NCBI GenBank assembly: GCA_964016885.1
Contig: OZ024763.1
Location: 22,940,001-23,004,000, forward strand
Source: Eledone cirrhosa
Lineage: Eukaryota
Direction of reading: 5' to 3'
DNA length: 64,000 bases
Part shown: in pieces, positions 50,591 to 61,200 of the stretch
Numbering within the stretch: the first letter of the stretch is position 1
Layout: every line of letters starts with the position of its first letter
Notes under the pieces: generated by a model
The model's database searches: none
Told to the model about the DNA's origin: nothing
What the model saw: only the letters and a program-made list of their open reading frames with translations
Translations under genes and position numbers: made by a program

Positions 50591-53500
50591 CTACAGGCTG
50601 ATATAGAGAGAAGACCCATTCACTCTGGCCATTCTCCCTACTTTCACCCACCTTTCGTAAAACTTGCTGGGGTAGAGCACCTCTCTCTCCATTCTGATCC
50701 TTCTTTTAAAATGGTATTTGAAAAAGGGGACCAGTTGTTGGCCGGAGAGAAAGGTGTCTGACCTCAGCCCTTTCAGCCTCGTCCACCATACAACTTCTTT
50801 AGCCATGGCTATCACACAGAGAAAAACCGCCTCTCCTTCGTTTTTGAAAGGGGGAGGCGGTTTGATCGTGACAATGGACTCGGTGGTCAACCGGATTGGT
50901 CCCACCCTCGACAGTAGTCGTTCCACATAGCCCCACAGGTCAGCAATGCCTGGGCAGTGTACGAATGCGTGCGCAACGGTTTCGTCATCATGCACGCATC
51001 TCGGACAGATCTTATTCAAAGGATCTCTACCCAGGCTCCCATGCCTGTGGAGCTTGTCTCGAACGGGTAGAGCCCCTCGGTAGCACTGCCAAGCCAGGGA
51101 CTTTTGGAAGTTGTCCATCGGTCCAGGGCCAAACGTCCTACCGAACAGACTGGCCAGTTCATCTTCCTCCATGCCTAGAGCTTCTCCGAGAGCATCGTCG
51201 CACTTGCTGCGTACCAACCCTCTATAGAATGTCGAGGTGGAGTCTCCACTGATTGCCGGGTCCGCTTTCTAGAGGGCCGTGAGCGCCTGGGCACATTCAA
51301 TGTGCCAGTCGCCCACTTTTCTCGGTCTTTGCTTGACCCAGGATTGCAGCTCGGTGAGCGAGACGAGTCTGGGAAAGGCTCGCCTCACAAACGGGGCCCA
51401 CACCAGTTGACCGGTGAGGAATACCTGGAGGTGCCGTAGCCTTAATGCGTGTTTACGCATCTGTAGCCACGGCATCCCCAGCCCTCCTTTCGAAGGGTGT
51501 TGACAGCAGATGGATCTCCTCACCAAAGGGGTCCGCTTGTTCCAAAGAAATTGGAACAGCGCGCACTCCATTTTGGCGAGTCTTTTCACTGGGCAAGGCA
51601 CGACGGTCAAGCGGTAGTAGATGACGGATGCTATATAAGTATTCGCCACTTCCGCTCGACCTTTCAGGGATAGTTTGCACTGGGCCCACTTCTGGGTGAG
51701 TGCAAACACCCTGGCCGTTACCTCGTTCCAGTTTTTCTCCACCTGGAGGTCTGGTCCGAACCAGACCCCAAGCAGCTTCACCGGGCCCTCCGTCCAGCGT
51801 CCGACGACGTCGTTGGAGGGCATCGGTTTGCCTCTCCATGCTCCGAGTTGCAAACCGACGGACTTGTCCCGATTCAGCTTGGCTCCTGTAAACCTTTCAT
51901 ATTCCTCCAGTAAGGTGCCGATCTCACCGATTTGCGAGGTTTTCGACACCATTACTGTCACGTCATCGGCGTAGGCCGACGCCGCTTTCTGCAATCCCGG
52001 TTCCAAAGGGATGCCCTGCAACCGCTCCAACTTCCGCAGTAGTGGGTCAAGAGCCAGCACATACAGTAGGGAGGAGAGAGGGCATCCCTGTCGGATGGAT
52101 CGCATGATTTGGAACGGCTCCGAGAGGTGGCCGTTCACCTTGACCCTTGAGCAGACGTTGCTGCTGTGCATCGCAGCAATCCAACCCCTGAAAACGGGTC
52201 TGAAGCCTGCCGCCGCGAGCACCGCATCCAGGTAACGATGGTCAACCCTATCGAAAGCTTTAGATTGATCCAAGTTGATCAGGGCCCCACCAAAGCCGGG
52301 TTCATTCCCTACCCTCTCTATGATGTATCGCATAAGGTGGAGATTGTCGTGAATGGACCTGGACGGGATTGCGCATGTCTGCGCTTCTCCCACCAGGTTT
52401 CCAACGACAAGCGCCAACCTCTTCGCTAACACCTTGGCCAAAATCTTTAACTCTGTATTTAGCAGAGTTATGGGCCTGAAGTTACTTATGTCATCCCCCT
52501 TGTTCTCATCCTTCCTCACCAGCGTAACTACGCCCTTGGTCACAGAACTGGGAATTCTCCCGTTCTGCTGCCAGTTGCAGTAGACCGCTTCGAGGATATC
52601 GGAGAACAAGTCCGGCATCGCTACATATAGCTCGTATGGTAGACCATCGAGACCCGGGGATTTGCGTTTGCCGCATTGGCTCAGCGCCGCCCCTATCTCA
52701 GCAGCTGAAATCGTCCTTTCGCAGGACTTCGCCTCCGCGTCCGAGAGGCGCGGCAGACCGTCGAGGTATGGATTGAAATCCATAGTCTCACCCGGCGCGC
52801 CGCCCCTCTCGAACAGTCGTGCAAAGTGCCGCTGAAAGGCCGCACACATCTGCCCAGGTTCAAGGATCACACGCCCATCCTGGTCCTTCAAAGACCGAAT
52901 CGTGGACTTGTTCCCACTTTTTGCCTCTGTCACTCGGGCCCAGCTCACAGCTTTGGCTCCCTCATTACCCAGAGCACGTATTTTACTCCTGACAACGCAG
53001 CCTTCATGCTTCACCTCAAAGAACTGGTCTAAGGCCATTCTTGATGCCAGCACGCCGGCTACATTGCCACTCCTAATCGCCTCTTCTACTCTATCTACTA
53101 ATTCCCTTTCCGTCTTGTTCCTATCCCTTGCTAATTCCTGACTAAAACCTATCGATTCTATTCTAATTGCTCTCTTAAGAGAGCTCCACCACCTGTTGTT
53201 GACAATTGCCCCTGTCAAACTCTGCTTAACTAACGTGCTAATCCGTTTACTGTAAGCTTTGCTTCTCGGTAAGGACAAGTTCAGCTTCCAGTAACCGGGT
53301 CCCTGTCTATGGGTTCTATCAAGGTTGGCTATGCAGGTCACTAACTTGTGATCCGAATAGTCAACCATGAACATTTTTGGACAGCTAAATGTGTCCCTAT
53401 CGTTCTCTCTAACTAGGACCCTATCTAGGTACGACCTAGATGTTCCACTGCGATTGGTCCACGTCCATAGTGGTACAGTCGGAAAATCTAGTCGATATCT

Positions 53501-54004
53501 ATCGGCCAGGTCAAATCGGCCGATTAACCTTTTGAGGCTTTTACACCCCCCTCTATTGGCACATGCCCCTACATAGTCCCAACGTGCATCCAGGATACCA
53601 TTCCAGTCCCCCACTAAAAGCAAGGAGCGGGACGTTCCCAGAAAAGTTTCCAGACGTTGGAAGTATTCCGGCCGCGCTGCCCAAAAAGGGGCGTACACAG
53701 CAATTAGTCTAAGGGCTCCACTTTCACTACTGCCGACGTCTAAAACCACCAGTCGACCCTCCGGGTCCAGGTGCACCTTCTGTATGGCGAGGCCCAGGTG
53801 TTTTCGCAGCAGAACGACAACTCCACCCCCACCCCCCGGTTGACAGAGAGATGCGAAGATCTCAAAGTCGTCGAAGAGGGGCGCCAGTTGGTGCTCGCTG
53901 CTGATCCTGGACTCGCAAGATCTGAGATCGTTTAAAAGTTTGCCTTGTTTCCAAGACAGTCCCAGGCCACGTACATTCAGACACCCAACTCTTATATCAG
54001 CCAT
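50591..54004 (-). pseudogene. LINE ORF2p (APE endonuclease, RT, C-terminal Cys/His finger) with one in-frame TAG at 51269-51271
   Basis: LNVRG, GDWN, YLDR, SDH; FRPITLLN, QGCPLS, YADD; CPRC..H...C. The same frame continues after the TAG, where the paralog near 32025 has TGG. Confidence 0.9.
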
Positions 54005-54025
54005 GTTGGTTAAAAGAGGAAGGAC

Positions 54026-55768
54026 CTACCTGTTCGGCTCCTGAGGAGCAGGTTGCACAATATCCATGGGCGTATTGGAGGGGTTGTTTGGTGGGGTGTT
54101 GTTCTGTGGTGGAGTGGGGGTGTTTGGTGAGGTGTGGGTGGGGAAACGTTTCAAGAGGACGCGGTTATAGGGTCGAGTACATGTTTTCCCCACGTCCTCA
54201 GGAAAGTTCTCTCTTAGTTTTGCATAGGTGTCCATTGGGAGTCTTATCATTTTTAAATGCGGTTTGTTGGCCGCGCTTGCAAAGAATTGCCCTTCAGTTT
54301 CCACCAAAGGGTCTTTGTGTATTGTTTTTACTAGTTCTTTGTTATTTGTGTTAATGTATGTATACTGTTTTATTTGTGTTGTGTTTGTTTGTTGTTCTTG
54401 TGTGTGCTTACGTTTTGTTGTATGTGTTATGTTTTGGGGTGGGGCGGATTTTGTTTGTTCTGTTTGTTTTGTTTTTGTTGGTGGTTGTGTGTTTGTTTCG
54501 TTTATGTTCGAGTGGTGCTTTCTTTTTTTCCTTTTTACAGGTTGGAAGGGTTCCCCCTCTTCGTCACTAGGTGCCGTTTCCGCTGGGTCCTCGTCCGTGC
54601 TGTCGGGTAGTGGTGTATTTTGGGGTTTTGTTGTATTTGTGTGTGTTTTGGGAGTTGTTTTGGGTGGGGCCGTGTCTTGTGTTATTTTTCCCTGTTGTTT
54701 TTGTTGTTGTTGTGGTGGTGGTGGTGGAGGTGGTGGTGGTGGTGGTGGTGGCGGTGGTGGTGTGTGGGGTGTAGGCAAAAGAGCCTTTTTTTTTGTCAAT
54801 TGAGGACAAGCAGCCCTTAGATGACCCCTGCTTGAACAGTAGTAACATATGGGCCTCCTACCCTCGGCTGAAATATATATAAATGTTTCTCCATCGAGGG
54901 ACACCCTCTGTGGTATTCTAGCTATTCGTTCTGGTCTCATTTGGACCAGAACCTCCACGCTCAAACCGCCGAAAACGTCTGTGGTGACTTCTCCTACTGA
55001 GAGGATTCCGTCCTCGTCTTCTAAAAATCCTGTTAGTACCCAGGAAATGCATGCATTTGGCCGGATTCCGGAGACCCTTATCTTCTGCGTTCTTTTCCCT
55101 AAATATGTGGGGAAAAATGTATGTAGCTTGGAAACAATTGGTGCCACAGAGTATTTCCTGGCCGTCAATTGATCCTTCATTAGGACCGTTATATTCCCAT
55201 AGAGTGGCCCTTTTTGTACGAACGATATATCACTCCACACATTTTTTAGGACCAGCTCAATCTCTTTTTGGGATAATTGAGTTGGTTTCCTTGTTATGTT
55301 GGAAATTGTTCTGAAAGATATCGTTCTTAGCGTCGTGTCTCTTTTGATTTCTTGTGGGGAGGTGATTGTGAAGTCTCCTCCTTCTTTGAAAGTTACATAC
55401 TGTTTCGCTTCCTTCATCTTTTCTCTCAGAGTTGTAATGTCCAGTTGCTTGCAGGTTTGTGTTTTCCGGACCGCCTGTGCAAAGGAGGCACCAGTAGTGG
55501 GTTCGCTTTGTTTGGTGTTATCGTTATTTTTTCCTTGGTTGGTGTTGTGACTATTGCTGTTATTGTCGTTGTTGTTTTTGTCTGCGTTTATGTGACTTTC
55601 TGGGTTTTCACCCATTTTTACAAATTTTTCTTTTAATTCCGTGTTCCATGTTTCTTTTGCAGAAGTCAGGAGGGAAGACTTAGAGCCTTGTGCTTCTAGC
55701 TTCTCTGTATCACCTTTCTTAGGGGGCGTGGCTTTCACGTTAGGATGAGATGTGAAAATTCCGTCCAT
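54026..55768 (-). CDS. LINE ORF1p (zinc knuckle CYYCSSRGHLRAAC, Pro/Gln/Thr-rich tail)
   Basis: Open frame 54026-55861; first ATG at 55768; CX2CX4HX4C motif. Confidence 0.88.
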   Translation of the reverse strand: MDGIFTSHPNVKATPPKKGDTEKLEAQGSKSSLLTSAKETWNTELKEKFVKMGENPESHINADKNNNDNNSNSHNTNQGKNNDNTKQSEPTTGASFAQAVRKTQTCKQLDITTLREKMKEAKQYVTFKEGGDFTITSPQEIKRDTTLRTISFRTISNITRKPTQLSQKEIELVLKNVWSDISFVQKGPLYGNITVLMKDQLTARKYSVAPIVSKLHTFFPTYLGKRTQKIRVSGIRPNACISWVLTGFLEDEDGILSVGEVTTDVFGGLSVEVLVQMRPERIARIPQRVSLDGETFIYISAEGRRPICYYCSSRGHLRAACPQLTKKKALLPTPHTPPPPPPPPPPPPPPPPQQQQKQQGKITQDTAPPKTTPKTHTNTTKPQNTPLPDSTDEDPAETAPSDEEGEPFQPVKRKKRKHHSNINETNTQPPTKTKQTEQTKSAPPQNITHTTKRKHTQEQQTNTTQIKQYTYINTNNKELVKTIHKDPLVETEGQFFASAANKPHLKMIRLPMDTYAKLRENFPEDVGKTCTRPYNRVLLKRFPTHTSPNTPTPPQNNTPPNNPSNTPMDIVQPAPQEPNR

Positions 55769-55980
55769 TTCTATTAGTTTGCCGTAATAAATTTTTAACT
55801 GGAAAATTCGCCCCAAAAAGGGGCGAAAATAAATAAACTCAAAGTTTGACGACCAAGGCAAGGGGTTAACGTATATTACAGTATAAAAAAATTAATCAAA
55901 ACTCACTTTTTGAGTAAGTAAATCCGACTCGGTAGCCGAGCTTGTTCACACACGTCAACACACGTCTCTCGTATACGAGA

Positions 55981-56965
55981 TGTTATATGAGATATTATGT
56001 GAGGTAAAGTCTTTACTGTGAAAATATAATAGTATATATAGAGTAATGTAAATGTTATGTGAGATATTATGTGAGGTAAAGACTTTACTGTGAAAATATA
56101 ATAGTAGATATAGAGTAATGTAAATGTTATGCGAGATATTATGTGAGGTAAAGCCTTTACTGTGAAAATATAATAGTAGATATAGAGTAATGTAAATGTT
56201 ATGTGAGATATTATGTGAGGTAAAGCCTTTACTGTGAAAATATAATAGTATATATAGAGTAATGTAAATGTTATGTGAGATATTATGTGAGGTAAAGCCT
56301 TTACTGTGAAAATATAATAGTATATATAGAGTAATGTAAATGTTATGTGAGATATTATGTGAGGTAAAGCCTTTACTGTGAAAATATAATAGTATATATA
56401 GAGTAATGTAAATGTTATGTGAGATATTATGTGAGGTAAAGCCTTTACTGTGAAAATATAATAGTATATATAGAGTAATGTAAATGTTATGTGAGATATT
56501 ATGTGAGGTAAAGCCTTTACTGTGAAAATATAATAGTATATATAGAGTAATGTGAATGTTATGTGAGATATTATGTGAGGTAAAGCCTTTACTGTGAAAA
56601 TATAATAGTATATATAGAGTAATGTGAATGTTATGTGAGATATTATGTGAGGTAAAGCCTTTACTGTGAAAATATAATAGTATATATAGAGTAATGTAAA
56701 TGTTATGTGAGATATTATGTGAGGTAAAGCCTTTACTATGAAAATATAATAGAATATATAGAGTAATGTAAATGTTATGTGAGATATTATGTGAGGTAAA
56801 GCCTTTACTATGAAAATATAATAGAATATATAGAGTAATATAAATGGTATGAGAGATATTATGTGAGGTAAAGCCTTTACTGTGAAAATACAATAGTATA
56901 TATAGAGTAATATAAATGGTATGAGAGATATTATGTGAGGTAAAGCCTTTACTGTGAAAATACAT
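55981..56965. repeat. 72-bp satellite, right of the Tx1-like LINE
   Basis: Same unit. Confidence 0.97.
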
Positions 56966-56974
56966 ATTTTGTCA

Positions 56975-57288
56975 CTCTATCTCCCCAATGCCATACTGTG
57001 ACATCCTAGTTCCATTTTTCCGTACTGAAGCTCCCCAGTTCCATAGTGCGGCACCCTAACTTAAACATGCCGTATTTTGCTGCCCTATCTCCCCATTACC
57101 ATACAGGGTCATCCTAGCTCCCAAATTCCATAGTGTCTAACCGTAGCTCCGTAATGCAATAGTGCGCAACCCTAACCCTAGCTCCACTGTGCCACAGTGC
57201 GGCACCCTACCTTCGAAGAGTTGTTTTTTCCCACTTTATCTCCCCATTGCCACATTTAACCATCCTATCTACCCAGTGCCATACTATA
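56975..57288. repeat. Degenerate 29-bp tandem repeat
   Basis: ccctatctccccattgccata-like units at 57083, 57112, 57141. Confidence 0.65.
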
Positions 57289-57585
57289 TTTAATTAGATA
57301 TAGTCAAGGAGTTTAATTAATTTCAGTAAATCCCACAACATTTTTTAATTCAAATCCCACCGAGGCTAGCTTTGCCTTTCATTCTTACAAAGTAAATAAA
57401 ATAACGTACCAGTAATACACTGGGCTCGGTTTGATAATAATAATAACGAAACTATTGTGTACAGAGCTCAGGTGCACTACAATTCATCAAAGGTGCATGT
57501 ATAATACATAGAATAATGTATGTCAGGAAAGTGAATAGAGTCATGATATACATGCAGGCACACACTTGACTGTCACCACTGAATA

Positions 57586-57624
57586 TGAACCTGAAGATTG
57601 CGAAAGCATGAAAGTACTTGTTCA
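57586..57624 (+). ncRNA. Minimal type I hammerhead ribozyme motif, identical to 22-60
   Basis: Same 39 nt; lies in a ~140-bp repeat shared with positions 4-150. Confidence 0.82.
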
Positions 57625-57974
57625 ATTAACATTTAATATTCTACCATACTATTTCATTATAATATCATTATAATTTTAAAGGATTGTAAATAAAACGAGT
57701 AAATCAAAATTGGATATATATATATATATATAAATATATATATATAGGAACGAGTAGGACCCCGAGGGCTGAGCTCAAGCCGTTTAGATGGCAAATTCTG
57801 GACTAAATCATTTTAGTCCAGAATTAGCCGTCGAAACGGCTTGAGCTCAGCCGTAGGGGTCCTACTCGTTCCTATTACCCACTCTACTACCCTATGTATT
57901 GAGTACTTTGGTGCGTTATGGTCCACCTGGTTCCTTACCACATTTCCTTCGTTATATATATATATATATATATG

Positions 57975-58210
57975 AATTATTGTGTACAGTGCTCAGGTGC
58001 TCTACAACCCATCAAAGGTGTATGTATAGTACATAGGGTAATATACAAATGTCAGGAAAGTGAACAGTGTATGAGTCATGATATACATGTGTGTGTGTGT
58101 GTATGGAGGAGGAATATCAGGTGTAGTGTTGGCAAATCTTTGGAAGCATGGAGGTTTTAATGGATGCAGTGTCTCAACAGCTAACAACTGATGCAGGTAG
58201 TTTGTTCCAT
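57975..58210 (-). mobile_element. 3' end of a CR1/L2-type LINE (ORF2 terminus plus 3' UTR); UTR fragments also at 14860-14910, 26715-26797, 57432-57560
   Basis: Minus-strand WNKLPASVVSC.DTAS.KTSMLPKICQHYT-stop, then UTR; (TTA)n tail in other copies. Confidence 0.72.
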
Positions 58211-61200
58211 GGAGGTTTTAAAGGATGCAGTGTCTTGACAGCTAACAACTGATGCAGGTAGTTTGTTCCATGGAGGTTTTAAAGGTTGCAGTGTCTCAAC
58301 AGCTAACAACTGAGGTAGATTGTTTGTTCCATGGAAGTTTTAAAGGATGCAGTGTCCTGACAGCTAACAACTGATGCAGGTAGTTTATTCCATGGAGGTT
58401 TTAAAGGATGCAGTGTCTCGACAACTAACAACTGATGCAGGTAGTTTGTTCCATGGAGGTTTTAAAGGATGCAGTGTCCTGACAGCTAACAACTGATGCA
58501 GGTAGTTTATGGAGGTTTTAAAGGATGCAGTGTCTCAACAGCTAACAACTGATGCAGGTAGTTTGATCCATGGAAGTTTTAAAGGATGCAGTGTCTCGAC
58601 AGCTAACAACTGATGCAGGTAGTTTGTTCCATGGAGGTTTTAAAGGATGTAGTGTCTCGACAGCTAACAACTGATGTATGTAGTTTGTTCCATGGAGGTT
58701 TTAAAGGATGCAGTGTCTCAACAGCTAATAACTGATGCAGGTAGTTTGTTCCATGGAGGTTTGAAAGGATGCAGTGTCTCGACAGCTCACAACTGATGCA
58801 GGGAGTTTGATCCATGGAGGTTTTAAAGGATGCAGTGTGCTGAGAGCTAACAACTGATGCAGGTAGTTTATGGAGGTTTTAATGGATGCAGTGTCTCGAC
58901 AGCTAACAACTGATGCAGGGAGTTTGATCCATGGAAGTTTTAAAGGATGCAGTGTCTCGACAGCTAACAACTGATGCAGGTAGTTTGATCCATGGAAGTT
59001 TTAAAGGATGCAGTGTCTCGACAGCTAACAACTGATGCAGGTAGTTTGTTCCATGGAGGTTTTAAAGGATGCAGTGTCTCGACAGCTAACAACTGATGTA
59101 TGTAGTTTGTTCCATGGAGGTTTTAAAGGATGCAGTGTCTCAACAGCTAACAACTGATGCAGGTAGTTTGTTCCATGGAGGTTTGAAAGGATGCAGTGTC
59201 TCGACAGCTCACAACTGATGCAGGGAGTTTGATCCATGGAGGTTTTAAAGGATGCAGTGTCCTGACAGCTAACAACTGATGTAGGTAGTTTATGGAGGTT
59301 TTAAAGGATGCAGTGTCTCGACAGCTAACAACTGATGCAGGGAGTTTGATCCATGGAAGTTTTAAAGGATGCAGTGTCTCGACAGCTAACAACTGATGCA
59401 GGTAGTTTGTTCCATGGAGGTTTTAAAGGATGCAGTGTCCTGACAGCTAACAACTGATGCAGGTAGTTTGATCCATGGAGGTTTTAAAGGATGCAGTGTC
59501 TCAACAGCTAATAACTGATGTAGGTCGTTTGTTCCATGGAGGTTTTAAAGGATGCAGTGTCTCGACAGCTAACAACTGATGCAGGTAGTTTGTTCCATGG
59601 AGGTTTTAAAGGATGCAGTGTCCTGACAGCTAACAACTGATGCAGGTAGTTTGATCCATGGAGGTTTTAAAGGATGCAGTGTCTCAACAGCTAATAACTG
59701 ATGCAGGTAGTTTGATCCATGGAGGTTTTAAAGGATGCAGTGTCTCGACAGCTAACAACTGATGCAGGTAGTTTGTTCCATGGAGGTTTTAAAGGATGCA
59801 GTGTCCTGACAGCTAACAACTGATGCAGGTAGTTTGTTCCATGGAGGTTTTAAAGGATGCAGTGTCTCGACAGCTAACAACTGATGCAGGTAGTTTATGG
59901 AGGTTTTAAAGGATGCAGTGTCTCGACAGCTAACAACTGATGCAGGTAGTTTGTTCCATGGAGGTTTTAAAGGATGCAGTGTCGCAACAGCTAATAACTG
60001 ATGTAGGTAGTTTGTTCCATGGAAGTTTTAAAGGATGCAGTGTCCTGACAGCTAACAACTGATGCAGGTAGTTTGTTCCATGGAGGTTTTAAAGGATGCA
60101 GTGTCTCGACAGCTAACAACTGATGCAGGTAGTTTGTTCCAGGTAGGTTTTAAAGGATGCAGTGTCTCGACAGCTAATAACTGATGCAGGTAGTTTGATC
60201 CATGGAGGTTTTAAAGGATGCAGTGTCTCGACAGCTAATAACTGATGCAAGTAGTTTATGGAGGTTTTAAAGGATGCAGTGTCTCAACAGCTAACAACTG
60301 ATGCAGGTAGTTTGTTCCATGGAGGTTTTGAAGGATACAGTGTCTCGACAGCTAACAACTGATGCAGGTAGTTTGTTCCATGGAGGTTTTAAAGGATACA
60401 GTGTCTCGACAGCTAACAACTGATGCAGGTAGTTTGTTCCATGGAGGTTTTAAAGGATACAGTGTCTCAGCAGCTAATAACTGATGCAGGTAGTTTGTTC
60501 CATGGAAGTTTTAAAGGATGTAGTTTCCTGACAGCTAACAACTGATGCAGGTAGTTTATGGAGGTTTTAAAGGATGCAGTGTCTCAACAGCTAACAACTG
60601 ATGCAGGTAGTTTGTTCCATGTAAGTTTTAAAGGATGCCGTGTCTCGACAACTAACAACTGATGCAGGTAGTTTGTTCCATGGAGGTTTTAAAGGATGCA
60701 GTGTCTCGACAGCTAACAACTGATGTAGGTAGTTTGTTCCATGGAGGTTTTAAAGGATGCAGTGTCTCAGCAGCTAATAACTGATGTAGGTAGTTTGTTC
60801 CATGGAAGTTTTAAAGGATGCAGTGCCCTGACAGCTAACAACTGATGCAGGTAGTTTGTTCCATGGATGTTTTAAAGGATGCAGTGTCTCGACAGCTAAC
60901 AACTGATGCAGGTAGTTTGTTCCATGGAGGTTTTAAAGGATGCAGTGTCTCGACAGCTAACAACTGATGCAGGTAGTTTGTTCCATGGAGGTTTTAAAGG
61001 ATGCAGTGTCTCAACAGCTAACAACTGATGCAGGTAGTTTGATCCATGGAGGTTTTAAAGGATGCAGTGTCCTGACAGCTAACAACTGATGCATGTAGTT
61101 TATGGAGGTTTTAAAGGATGCAGTGTCTCAACAGCTAACAACTGATGCAGGTAGTTTGATCCATGGAAGTTTTAAAGGATGCAGTGTCTCGACAGCTAAC

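Larger units (their letters stand above)
50354..55980 (-). mobile_element. Near full-length L1/Tx1-like LINE
   Basis: Two ORFs 21 nt apart; 3' UTR ends AATAAAGAAA; inserted in the 72-bp satellite. Confidence 0.93.
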
